This document shows, one piece after another, positions 8,917-17,398 of a stretch of DNA of 64,000 nt. The notes under the pieces were generated by a model that saw only the letters and a list, made by a program, of their open reading frames with translations, was not told the origin of the DNA and did not search any database. The first letter of the stretch is position 1. The number at the start of each line of letters is the position of its first letter. A program made the translations under genes and the position numbers. This stretch comes from Syntrophales bacterium (GTDB lineage: Bacteria > Desulfobacterota > Syntrophia > Syntrophales > CG2-30-49-12): positions 918-64,917 of the forward strand of contig JASEGZ010000004.1 of assembly GCA_030018935.1 (NCBI GenBank), written 5' to 3'.

Positions 8917-9200
8917 CTATACATATTTCCAGCACCGTACCGGGTGAGCGGGCGTTTTTTCCTTCAGCTCCGGCTCTTCCTGCCGACAGATCGTCATCAC
9001 ACAAGAACACCGATCAAAAAAGCGACATCCCCGGAGAAGGTTATGTAGATCGGGAACAACGCCAGGTATTACCTTCAGATAGCTGTCCCGCCCCACAATT
9101 CCGTTCATCTTCGGAATAACTTCCAGCAGGCCGACGGTATAGGGATGCAAGGGTGTGGAAAAAATATCTCCCACAGAGCCGTATTCAACAGCCTTACGGC
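8917..9200 (-). pseudogene. truncated duplicate of the oppD 3-prime end
   Basis: Encodes ...[46 protein letters not shown]...PVRCWKYV, nearly identical to the C-terminus of the intact gene at 11515-12489. DNA similarity runs from 8882-9200 to 11479-11799. There is no Walker A/B part. Confidence 0.8.
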
Positions 9201-9248
9201 TGAAATCAGCGGTGGCTGTAAGCCATCCGCTGGAGTGATTTGTTAGGC
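9191..9248 (-). repeat. attC-like imperfect palindrome
   Basis: Minus strand reads GCCTAAC-AAATCA..CAGCGG-loop-CCGCTGATTT..-GTAAGGC. The outer 7-mers resemble integron R''/R' boxes (RYYYAAC / GTTRRRY, one mismatch). ~58 nt, located right after the cassette gene stop. Confidence 0.3.
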
Positions 9249-9268
9249 GACTTTCCATTCTACAGAGT

Positions 9269-9715
9269 TCATTCTACGCCGAGGGCTTCGAGATCCGCTT
9301 GATCCTTTTTTCTACCTAATGCTTGTTTGTTACGGATGAACTCCTTCCTTCCAACGAAGTACACTACAATATCACCATAATTTCCTTGCACTCGACCAGC
9401 AGCCGCTTCCTTCCAGGATACTCCGGTGATGGAGGTCACAATATCTATCCGGACCGGCGCCACGCCAAGTTGTATCACTTTATCAGGAACTGTGAAATCC
9501 TCTGCCGTCAAACCAACAGAACCAAAACCAAATTCCTCAAGTGCTTTAAGAATCCGGTGAGCGTTCTCCGGACCAGGGCGCACAAGAATGTCCATGTCTC
9601 CTGTATACCGTGGAGCTCCGTGGTATGCGAGGGCGTGTGCGCCCACTATAAGATAATCAACTTTGTGAGCGTTGAATAATGCGAGCAGATCTCTGAAGTC
9701 TTGCTGAACTTCCAT
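9269..9715 (-). CDS. minimal nucleotidyltransferase-fold protein (cassette-borne, TA-like)
   Basis: FRDLLALFNAHKVDYLIVGAHALAYHG.PRYTGDMDILV, a G...G..R.T.D.D nucleotidyltransferase signature. 148 aa, overlaps the upstream small gene. Confidence 0.6.
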   Translation of the reverse strand: MEVQQDFRDLLALFNAHKVDYLIVGAHALAYHGAPRYTGDMDILVRPGPENAHRILKALEEFGFGSVGLTAEDFTVPDKVIQLGVAPVRIDIVTSITGVSWKEAAAGRVQGNYGDIVVYFVGRKEFIRNKQALGRKKDQADLEALGVE

Positions 9716-9842
9716 GAAGCGTCCTCCTCAAGTACTCGACGGCTCCCACGCGCTCTTCAGGGTCCTTTGATAGCCAGTAAGAAAGGTTCTCCTTTACCTC
9801 CGAAAAATCCCGTAAATTCGCTTTTTTGATGACCTTCCGCAT
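9657..9842 (-). CDS. small partner protein of the nucleotidyltransferase (unknown function)
   Basis: 61 aa if started at ATG 9842 (AGGGGGG 8 nt upstream). Its 3-prime end overlaps the NTase gene by 59 nt. No recognisable domain. Confidence 0.4.
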   Translation of the reverse strand: MRKVIKKANLRDFSEVKENLSYWLSKDPEERVGAVEYLRRTLHGSSARLQRSARIIQRSQS

Positions 9843-10022
9843 CAATGCCGCCCCCCTAAGTTTGCCTATTTTGTGATGGATTTCCATTTTGTCGCCGAAC
9901 AATTGATTATCAGGCCGATATGCCCTGACAAACCACTTATTAGATTGGATGAATTTTTTGGCAACTTTGCCCCATTCCTGTTAGCAATAAAACGTAATTA
10001 TTCTAACAGGGAATAGGAACAG

Positions 10023-10505
10023 ATGTCAACGTCAAAAAACCGTAAATTGCTTGATGAAACAAATGATATTATGCGCTTACACCATTACTCTATCCACACG
10101 GAGCGGGTATACTCCGACTGGATCAAACGATATATACGTTACCATGGAATGACCTGCCGGGACGATTTGAAGAATGGAGAAGGCAAGATTGAAGCCTTTC
10201 TGACACATCTGGCAATTGATAAAAATGTAGCTCTGTCTACGCAGAATCAGGCCATGAACGCTCTGGTTTTCCTATACAAACATGTATTGAAACAACCCCT
10301 GGACAAAGATATTAATGCGGTTCGGGCATCCAGAGAGATCAAGATTCCCGTGGTTATGACCCGGGAAGAGGTAGCCAATATCATCTTACAAAGGTGAAAG
10401 TTACACATAGACAGGATATGGAGCGGGGGTACGGCGATATACACTCATGTATTACAGCAGGGTGGACAAGGTGTGCTAAGTCCGCTCGATGATCTTGATA
10501 TTTGA
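10023..10505 (+). pseudogene. intI: integron integrase with large internal deletion
   Basis: The N-terminal 124 codons match the IntI N-domain pattern (RLHHYSIHTERVYSDWIKRYIRYHG, IEAFLTHLA, STQNQAMNALVFLY). An in-frame TGA follows at 10395. The same frame then ends TAIYTHVLQQGGQGVLSPLDDL, which is the IntI C-terminal tail. About 190 codons of the catalytic domain are missing. Confidence 0.75.
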
Positions 10506-10525
10506 AGGCCATGCGTTGAGCTTTG

Positions 10526-11491
10526 CTACCTCAAATGACAGGCCACAAAATGTCCATCATTTCTGTCTTTAAGTACCGGCTCAACTTTATCGCAGATATC
10601 TATTTTCTCAGGACAGCGGGGATGAAAGGCACATCCCAGCGGCGGATCGAGGGGGGTAGGCATGTCGCCGGTAAGGAGCTTCTTCTTTCTCTTCCTTGCC
10701 GGGTCAGGTATCGGTATAGCGGAGATAAGGACTCTGGTATAGGGATGCAGGGGATGTTCGTAGAGTTCACTGTTCCTCGCAAGTTCGACAATTTTTCCCA
10801 GATACATCACGGCAATCCTATCGCTCATGTGCCGCACCACGCTGAGATCGTGGGAGATGAAAAGATAGGTCAAACCGAAGTCTTTTTGGAGATCCTTCAG
10901 GAGATTCAATATCTGGGCCTGGATTGACACATCGAGCGCCGAAACCGGCTCATCCGCCACGATCAGTTCCGGTTTGATGGCAATGGCCCTGGCGATGCAG
11001 ATACGCTGTCTCTGACCGCCGCTGAACTCATGGGGATACCGTCCCACCTGTTCCCTGCTGAGTCCCACCACTTCCATGAGTTGTGCTATTTTTTCCTTTC
11101 GCCCGTTTCGACCAGAGAGTTTGTGAATAATAAGGGGTTCGCCGATAATGCTCCCCGCCGTCCTTCTCGGATTAAGGGAGGCATAGGGATCCTGGAAGAT
11201 AACCTGCACTTTTCGGCGAAAGTTTTTCAACAATTCGCCTGAATAGTCAAGGATGTTTTCGCCATGAAAGAAAATTTCTCCCCCCGTCGGTTCCTCAAGC
11301 CTCATGATCAGACGCCCCAGGGTGGATTTCCCGCAACCGCTTTCCCCGACAAGTCCCAGCGTCTCCCCTCCGTAGATTTTCAGATGGAGGCCATCCACAG
11401 CCCTGACCACACTACGCCGACCAGACAGAAATCCTCCTGAGATGGTAAAATATTTCTTTAGTCCCCTGATATCCAACAAAAGATCATTCAC
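10526..11491 (-). CDS. oppF: oligopeptide/dipeptide ABC transporter ATP-binding protein
   Basis: Walker A GESGCGKST, signature FSGGQRQR, Walker B LIVADEP, and the C-terminal oligopeptide-type extension (HPYT...CP). GTG start 11491 chosen, and the longer ORF would overlap oppD. Confidence 0.88.
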   Translation of the reverse strand: MNDLLLDIRGLKKYFTISGGFLSGRRSVVRAVDGLHLKIYGGETLGLVGESGCGKSTLGRLIMRLEEPTGGEIFFHGENILDYSGELLKNFRRKVQVIFQDPYASLNPRRTAGSIIGEPLIIHKLSGRNGRKEKIAQLMEVVGLSREQVGRYPHEFSGGQRQRICIARAIAIKPELIVADEPVSALDVSIQAQILNLLKDLQKDFGLTYLFISHDLSVVRHMSDRIAVMYLGKIVELARNSELYEHPLHPYTRVLISAIPIPDPARKRKKKLLTGDMPTPLDPPLGCAFHPRCPEKIDICDKVEPVLKDRNDGHFVACHLR

Positions 11492-11514
11492 CGTCCAATC
11501 GCCTCTTGCTTCGG

Positions 11515-12489
11515 CTATGCATATTTCCAGCACCGTACCGGGTGACCGGGCGTTTTTTCCTTCAGCTCCGGCTCCTCCTCTGAACAGATCGTCATCGCAT
11601 AAGAACACCGATCGAGAAAGCGACATCCCCGGAAAAGGTTATGCAGATTGGGAACAACGCCGGGTATCACCTTCAGATAGCTGTCCCGCCCCACAATTCC
11701 GTCCATCTTCGGTATGGCTTCCAGCAGGCCGACGGTATAGGGATGCAAGGGTGTGGAAAAAATATCTCCCACAGGGCCGTATTCAACAACCTTACCGGCA
11801 TACATCACAACTACAAACCGGGCCGTTTCGGCAATTACCCCGAGATCATGTGTGATCATCACCACCGAGGCGCCGACCTGGTCTTTCAGGTCGCCTATCA
11901 GGTCAATGATCTGGGCCTGTATGGTCACATCGAGGGCGGTCGTCGGCTCATCGGCCAGCATCAACCGGGGATTGCAGGCCAGGGCAATGGCGATCATCAC
12001 CCTCTGACGCATCCCTCCGCTCATCTGGTGAGGGTAATCACTGATACGTCTTTCAGGAGAAGGTATGCCTACAAGCCGAAGCATCCCGACGGCGCGCTCC
12101 AGGGCATCCTTTTTTGAGAGACCCTGGTGCAGTCTCATCGCCTCAGCAATCTGTTCCCCTACCCTGAAGACGGGGTTCAGAGAGGTCATGGGCTCCTGAA
12201 ATATCATGGAGATATCCTTGCCCCGCACCCTCTGCATCTCTTTCTCTCTAAGACGTAAGAGATCAAGTCCGTCAAACAGGACACTCCCGGAGACAATCCG
12301 GCCCGGTGGTGTCGTTACCAGTCGCATGATGGAAAGGGCCAGCACGGTCTTGCCACAACCCGACTCCCCAACAACACCCAGCGTATCGCCTTCATTAACG
12401 ACAAGGTCCACACCGTCAACAGCCCGGACGATACCACTCTGTGTCGCAAAGTGGGTACTGAGATTTTTTACTTCAAGAATTGGCCGCAT
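11515..12489 (-). CDS. oppD: oligopeptide/dipeptide ABC transporter ATP-binding protein
   Basis: [28 protein letters not shown], and the C-terminal HPYT...RCW tail. Its start overlaps the pepA stop by 17 nt. Confidence 0.9.
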   Translation of the reverse strand: MRPILEVKNLSTHFATQSGIVRAVDGVDLVVNEGDTLGVVGESGCGKTVLALSIMRLVTTPPGRIVSGSVLFDGLDLLRLREKEMQRVRGKDISMIFQEPMTSLNPVFRVGEQIAEAMRLHQGLSKKDALERAVGMLRLVGIPSPERRISDYPHQMSGGMRQRVMIAIALACNPRLMLADEPTTALDVTIQAQIIDLIGDLKDQVGASVVMITHDLGVIAETARFVVVMYAGKVVEYGPVGDIFSTPLHPYTVGLLEAIPKMDGIVGRDSYLKVIPGVVPNLHNLFRGCRFLDRCSYAMTICSEEEPELKEKTPGHPVRCWKYA

Positions 12490-13990
12490 GCCAGTCCCTC
12501 AGAAACTGGACGAACAGACGGACACCAACCCCCGAGGCGCCCTTAGGGATATAAGGTCTGTCTTTTTCCAACCACGCCGGGCCCGCAATGTCCAGATGCA
12601 CCCAGGGATAGTCCCCCACGAACTTGCTGAGGAAAGCAGCGGCCGTGATGGCCCCTCCCGCTCTTCCCCCGGAATTTTTGTAATCCGCCACATCACTTTT
12701 AATCAACTCATGATAATCATCCCAGAGCGGCATCTCCCATACCCTTTCGCCGGTAGCTTCTGCGGCGGCCCTGATCTTTCCCTTCAGGCGATCATCGGTT
12801 CCCATCATCCCGCTAACATGATCACCGAGGGCAACAACACAGGCGCCGGTCAATGTAGCGATGTCAATGACGGCAGCCGGCTTGTACTTTCCGGCATAGG
12901 TAAGAGCATCGGCCAGAATCAATCGTCCCTCTGCATCGGTACTGAGGACCTCTATGGTTTTACCGGACATTGTCCTCAGGATGTCCCCCGGCTTATAGGC
13001 CCTGCCTCCAGGGAGGTTCTCTGTTGCCGGTATCAGGCCGACAACGTTGACCGGGAGGTTCATATCAGACACAGCCATGATGGCGCCCATCACCGCTGCG
13101 CCACCCGCCATATCCGATTTCATCTCCTCCATCTTTTCCGAAGGTTTTATGGAGATGCCGCCGCTGTCAAAGGTCAGCCCCTTGCCAACCAGGGCAATGA
13201 CGGGGTCAGCCTCTCTCCCGCCACGGTATTCGAGAATAACAAATCTGGCCGGCTCGTCAGACCCCCTGGCTACGGCGAGCAGGGCGTTCATTCCCAGCTC
13301 TTTCATTTTAGGAACATCAAGGACCTCGACTTTGACATTCTTTCTCGTCAGGGCAAGCTCCTCTGCCTTACGGGCCATATCGTTCGGTGTCATTTCATTC
13401 CCCGGTGTAGATACGAGATCTCTCGTAAAATAGACTGCTCGGGAGATGGTCTCTGCCGCTCCCGCCGCCGACCTGATCACCTCACATGCATCTTCACGAT
13501 CCTCAACAATTACAAACTCCTCTATTTCCCTGATCTTATCCCGCTCCACGGTCTTGAAGGATGCGAACTGGTACAGGCCAAGGAAAACCCCTTCCACGGC
13601 GGCCTCGGTCACCCTGTCGAGAGGCTGGCCGATGGCCGTCAAATCCCCCAGATCCATGGACGTGGCAAACCCTTTCAGATTCAATTCCCTTACCTGCTTA
13701 GCCGCCTTTGAAAAAGCGCCCCTCAGTTTTTCCAGGTTAAAATCTGCCTTCTTGCCCAGACCGGCCAGGACAATTCTTCTGGCCGGGGTAAGCCCCTTCG
13801 TATATATCACCGCGATCTGAAAGAGCTTTCCCTCAAAATCACCTCCTGCGATTACATCACTGATCAGCCCGCCGGAGGACTTATCCAGGAGCTCCGCCGC
13901 ACCTCCGAGCTCCTCCTCCTCGAAATGGAAAACGACTGACGCCTCGGAAGTAAATTCCGCAAGATTTGCCTTTTTTACAAAAACTTTCAT
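12473..13990 (-). CDS. pepA: leucyl aminopeptidase (M17)
   Basis: [27 protein letters not shown] and NTDAEGRL-type [14 protein letters not shown] motifs. 505 aa. Confidence 0.93.
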   Translation of the reverse strand: MKVFVKKANLAEFTSEASVVFHFEEEELGGAAELLDKSSGGLISDVIAGGDFEGKLFQIAVIYTKGLTPARRIVLAGLGKKADFNLEKLRGAFSKAAKQVRELNLKGFATSMDLGDLTAIGQPLDRVTEAAVEGVFLGLYQFASFKTVERDKIREIEEFVIVEDREDACEVIRSAAGAAETISRAVYFTRDLVSTPGNEMTPNDMARKAEELALTRKNVKVEVLDVPKMKELGMNALLAVARGSDEPARFVILEYRGGREADPVIALVGKGLTFDSGGISIKPSEKMEEMKSDMAGGAAVMGAIMAVSDMNLPVNVVGLIPATENLPGGRAYKPGDILRTMSGKTIEVLSTDAEGRLILADALTYAGKYKPAAVIDIATLTGACVVALGDHVSGMMGTDDRLKGKIRAAAEATGERVWEMPLWDDYHELIKSDVADYKNSGGRAGGAITAAAFLSKFVGDYPWVHLDIAGPAWLEKDRPYIPKGASGVGVRLFVQFLRDWHAANS

Positions 13991-14006
13991 CTTCGCCTCC
14001 TTATTC

Positions 14007-14102
14007 GTAAGCGTTCAGCTATCAGCTATCAGCAAGATAAAGAAAAGTAACGAGTTATCCATAAAACCTTTTTTTACTAAAAGCTGATTGCTGAACGCTT
14101 AT
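14007..14102. repeat. inverted-repeat element (second copy of the GTAAGCGTTCAGCTATCAGC family)
   Basis: GTAAGCGTTCAGCTATCAGCTATCAGC (14007-14033) pairs with GCTGATTGCTGAACGCTTAT (14083-14102). Lies between the response-regulator stop and the pepA start. Confidence 0.75.
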
Positions 14103-14104
14103 CC

Positions 14105-15472
14105 CTATTCAATATCAAGTTTTTTGAGCCGGTAACTTAGTGAATCAAAACTCACATGAAGTAGCTCGGCGGCCTTTGTCTTCGATCCCCGGGTTTTTTG
14201 GAGGGCCTTTTCTATCAACTGTCTTTCAAACTTTGCCACTTCCTCATTCAGATTAATACCCATCTCCGGTATCTCAAAATTAACGGCAGGTACTTCCCCC
14301 GGGGAAACATTTCTTGCCAGAAGGAGGTTTTCCGGCAGGATAATGTTGGATGTTTCCAGAGCAACACTCCGTTCGATAATATTTTCAAGTTCCCTGATGT
14401 TACCGGGAAATGGATAATCCATTAAAAGCCCCATGGCATATGCGGATATGGTCTTGATCTCTTTACCAAACTCCCGGGAATACTTCTCTATAAGATATGT
14501 TGTCAGGACAGGGATATCATCTTTTCTCTCCCTCAGAGGAGGAATATAGATCGGGATGACATTGAGACGGTAGTAGAGGTCTTCCCTGAAGGTCCCCTCG
14601 TTTACCCTTTTTTCCAGATATTGATTTGTCGCAGATACGATACGGACATCAACTTTGATATCCTCCGCCCCGCCTATCCTTCTGAAGGTCTTTTCCTGGA
14701 CGACACGGAGGAGTTTCACCTGGAGGACGAGTGGCAATTCAGCAATCTCATCAAGAAAGATCGTTCCACCCCGGGCAACCTCGAAGAGCCCTAACTTATC
14801 AACATAGGCGCCAGAAAAGGATCCTTTCATGTGGCCAAATAACTCACTTTCGAGGAGGCTCTCCGGCACGCCACCACAGTTGATAACGATAAACGGCATG
14901 TTTCGCCTCGGGCTGTTTTCATGGATGGCCCTGGCCACGAGTTCCTTACCCGTTCCGCTCTCACCGAGGATAAGGACATTGGCCGGCGTATCGGCTACTT
15001 TTTTAACAAGAGAATAAACCTTAAGCATCTCCTTGCTTTTTCCCACCATACCTCCAAAACAAACGGCATTTTCCACCCCTTTGATGAACCGGACATCCTC
15101 CCTCTTAATGCCCTTCTTATCGAGGGCATCTCGAATGATCTTCTTGAGATCCTCTATGTCAAAGTCCTTCTCGATATAGTCGTATGCTCCTTCCTTCATG
15201 GCTGTTACTGCCGTTTCACCGGATGCGTAGGCCGTAATCAGAATCACCATTGTTTCCGGGGAAATATCCTTGACCTCTTTCAGAAACGAGATACCGTCTA
15301 CCTTCGGCATCTTTAGATCGGTAATGATGAGGTCAAACCGTTCCTTTTTGCAACGGGTCATGGCCTTTCCCGCATCACCTGCACAGGTCACCTTGTAACC
15401 CTCCCTGGTCAGCATGATCTCGAGGAACTCTCTCATGCCCTGATCATCATCCACAACAAGAATCTTAGCCAC
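14105..15472 (-). CDS. sigma-54-dependent response regulator (NtrC family)
   Basis: Receiver domain (ILVVDDD...[10 protein letters not shown]), AAA+ sigma-54 interaction domain ([14 protein letters not shown]-like GSFSGA, ESELFGH) and a C-terminal HTH. GTG start at 15472 after GGAGGAG. Confidence 0.9.
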   Translation of the reverse strand: MAKILVVDDDQGMREFLEIMLTREGYKVTCAGDAGKAMTRCKKERFDLIITDLKMPKVDGISFLKEVKDISPETMVILITAYASGETAVTAMKEGAYDYIEKDFDIEDLKKIIRDALDKKGIKREDVRFIKGVENAVCFGGMVGKSKEMLKVYSLVKKVADTPANVLILGESGTGKELVARAIHENSPRRNMPFIVINCGGVPESLLESELFGHMKGSFSGAYVDKLGLFEVARGGTIFLDEIAELPLVLQVKLLRVVQEKTFRRIGGAEDIKVDVRIVSATNQYLEKRVNEGTFREDLYYRLNVIPIYIPPLRERKDDIPVLTTYLIEKYSREFGKEIKTISAYAMGLLMDYPFPGNIRELENIIERSVALETSNIILPENLLLARNVSPGEVPAVNFEIPEMGINLNEEVAKFERQLIEKALQKTRGSKTKAAELLHVSFDSLSYRLKKLDIE

Positions 15473-15514
15473 TTCTCTCCTCCTCTCGAAAAAGCAGCCA
15501 TTGCCCGGCAATGA

Positions 15515-17191
15515 CTAACGACCGCTCGGCAAACATACGATAAAGGTTGTCCCCCCTTTGAGGTTACCTTCGATTTTGATCTTTCCGGAATAGCTTTCGA
15601 TAATCCTGTTGACAATTGTCAGACCGAGGCCTGTTCCTCTCTCCTTTGTTGTGTAAAACGGTTCCCATATCTTTTCCAGATTATCTTCTTCGATGCCGCA
15701 TCCACTATCGGTGATACGTATCTCAAGATATTCCCTGACATCCTCAAGAAAAACATTTTTGGTTTCTACAGTCAGCCTGCCCCCATCCGACATGGACTGA
15801 ATGGCATTCAGGACAAGGTTCCAGATGACCTGTCTAATCTGTGTTTTGTTGGCAAGTATGAGGGATTGGTCAGATAATTTCTGAACAACCTCGATTCCCC
15901 CATGCCAATCCGGTGCATAATGAATGGATTCCAGGACATCCTCGATGATGTTTCTTGTCTCAATTATCTCGTAAGTACCTGACGGTGGCCTTGCTAAGAG
16001 GAGAAAATCCCTCATAAAATTTTCAAGCTGACCTTTGCCCCTCAAAATGATCTTCATGAGCCTCTCATCGGCTTCATTTAAATTAAGTTCATTTTTCAAA
16101 ACCTGAATTGAGCCACTGATTGACGCCAGGGGATTCCTGATCTCATGGGCAAGGCTGGCCGCCATCTCGCCGATAAAGGCAAGCCTTTTACTCTTTTCAA
16201 GGGCTTCCTCCATTTTTTTTATCGCCGTCAGATCCTGAAAGATCAAGATATTTCCTATTTTAGTCCCCGTATTATCCTTAAGATGTGATACAGAACAACC
16301 TAATATCAATTTCCCATTCCCTTTGCCGGGGACCGGCATTTCCACCCTTTTTTCTACCGATCCCTGCTGTTTCCCCCTGTTTTTCCATTTATCTTCCAGA
16401 TCGGAATAACCCGGAAAGACCTGATTAATATTCTTATGTTCTACCTCGGTAAAGGAAAAGCCGGTAATGTCTTCCGCTGCCCTGTTGAAGGATTTTATAT
16501 TCCCCGCGAGATCAATCGTCAATATGCCTGCATCAACGGACTCAATAATACTCCTGTACAGTAAATCTAACTGATCAAAGGCATTTTCCCTCTCTGCCAG
16601 GACGACCCTTGTTTTTCTCTCCTGTTCCACCACAAAACTTGCAAGAAAGGTAATGATGTAGAAGGACAGGACGTGGGTGAAAATCCTCGAAAAGACGTAT
16701 CCGGCGCTGAAATTGTATTCCTCGATGACGATACTAGAGAAGGGGTTAACGATGCCATAATATTCTAAATTCATTAACAGACCATAAAGAATACTTGAGG
16801 CAGAGGCTGTGATTACTCCTCCCCTTCTTGCCAGGAACAGGACTGAATATATGATGACCAGAGGATAGAAGACAGAATAGACGCTTCTTATTCCACCTGT
16901 GACATACACGAGACCTGTTATCAACATCACGTCAGCCAGGCTCTGGATGTATATATTGACCTTGAGGTTTCTGATGAACTTCAGGAGAAAAAGATAGAGG
17001 AGGGAAAGGAGGTAGGTAAGCAGGATAATGACGTAAAGGAATGAGATTGATATTTGGGGCAGAGATTCTGTCCCCTTGATCTCGATGAAAGCTGCAATCC
17101 CGAGCAGAAAGGTGACAATGGTGAGCCGCGCCAGCATCAGCCAGCGAACCCTTGTCACTAAGTTTTCCTTCTGTAACAGATGGTCGTCCAT
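15515..17191 (-). CDS. membrane sensor histidine kinase (multi-TM, PAS, HisKA, HATPase)
   Basis: About 6 N-terminal hydrophobic helices, a PAS-like segment, H-box ASLAHEIRNPL, N box LNAIQ, G boxes DSGCGI and GTGLGL. Start ATG 17191. Confidence 0.88.
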   Translation of the reverse strand: MDDHLLQKENLVTRVRWLMLARLTIVTFLLGIAAFIEIKGTESLPQISISFLYVIILLTYLLSLLYLFLLKFIRNLKVNIYIQSLADVMLITGLVYVTGGIRSVYSVFYPLVIIYSVLFLARRGGVITASASSILYGLLMNLEYYGIVNPFSSIVIEEYNFSAGYVFSRIFTHVLSFYIITFLASFVVEQERKTRVVLAERENAFDQLDLLYRSIIESVDAGILTIDLAGNIKSFNRAAEDITGFSFTEVEHKNINQVFPGYSDLEDKWKNRGKQQGSVEKRVEMPVPGKGNGKLILGCSVSHLKDNTGTKIGNILIFQDLTAIKKMEEALEKSKRLAFIGEMAASLAHEIRNPLASISGSIQVLKNELNLNEADERLMKIILRGKGQLENFMRDFLLLARPPSGTYEIIETRNIIEDVLESIHYAPDWHGGIEVVQKLSDQSLILANKTQIRQVIWNLVLNAIQSMSDGGRLTVETKNVFLEDVREYLEIRITDSGCGIEEDNLEKIWEPFYTTKERGTGLGLTIVNRIIESYSGKIKIEGNLKGGTTFIVCLPSGR

Positions 17192-17212
17192 TACTGTTTC
17201 CTGTATCAACAA

Positions 17213-17245
17213 GTCGTAAGTCGTAAGTTGTAAGTCATAAGTTAG
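17213..17245. repeat. heptamer-phased repeat (GTCGTAA x5 variants)
   Basis: GTCGTAA GTCGTAA GTTGTAA GTCATAA GTTAG. This is the reverse complement of the word family at 111-144. Confidence 0.75.
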
Positions 17246-17317
17246 TTTCCCTTACTTACATAAAAATTGAATAGACTCTTTATCCATTATATCCTCGAAT
17301 TTCTCAATCTTACTCAT

Positions 17318-17346
17318 CACTCTCGACTCCAGACTCTCGACTCAAC
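17318..17346. repeat. heptamer-phased repeat (CGACTCC/AGACTCT words)
   Basis: CACTCTCGACTCCAGACTCTCGACTCAAC. Related words occur at 61124-61151. Confidence 0.6.
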
Positions 17347-17398
17347 AAGAGAGGATATGCTATATTATTTTTGAAAATAAATCTATGGAATTTGAGCC

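Noticed and set aside
9977-10010. CCTGTTAG-N18-CTAACAGG inverted repeat as a bona fide attI site
   Set aside because: It is in the right position, but the GTTAGAA/GTTAGCA cores do not fit GTTRRRY well. It could equally be an operator for the cassette genes. It is mentioned only within the integron finding.
12206-13711. 501-aa plus-strand ORF, the longest unannotated ORF in the track
   Set aside because: It lies entirely antisense to pepA and oppD, whose translations have unmistakable family motifs. Its own translation is low-complexity (R/P/S/G-rich) with no recognisable domain. This is a typical shadow ORF of a GC-rich third-position gene.
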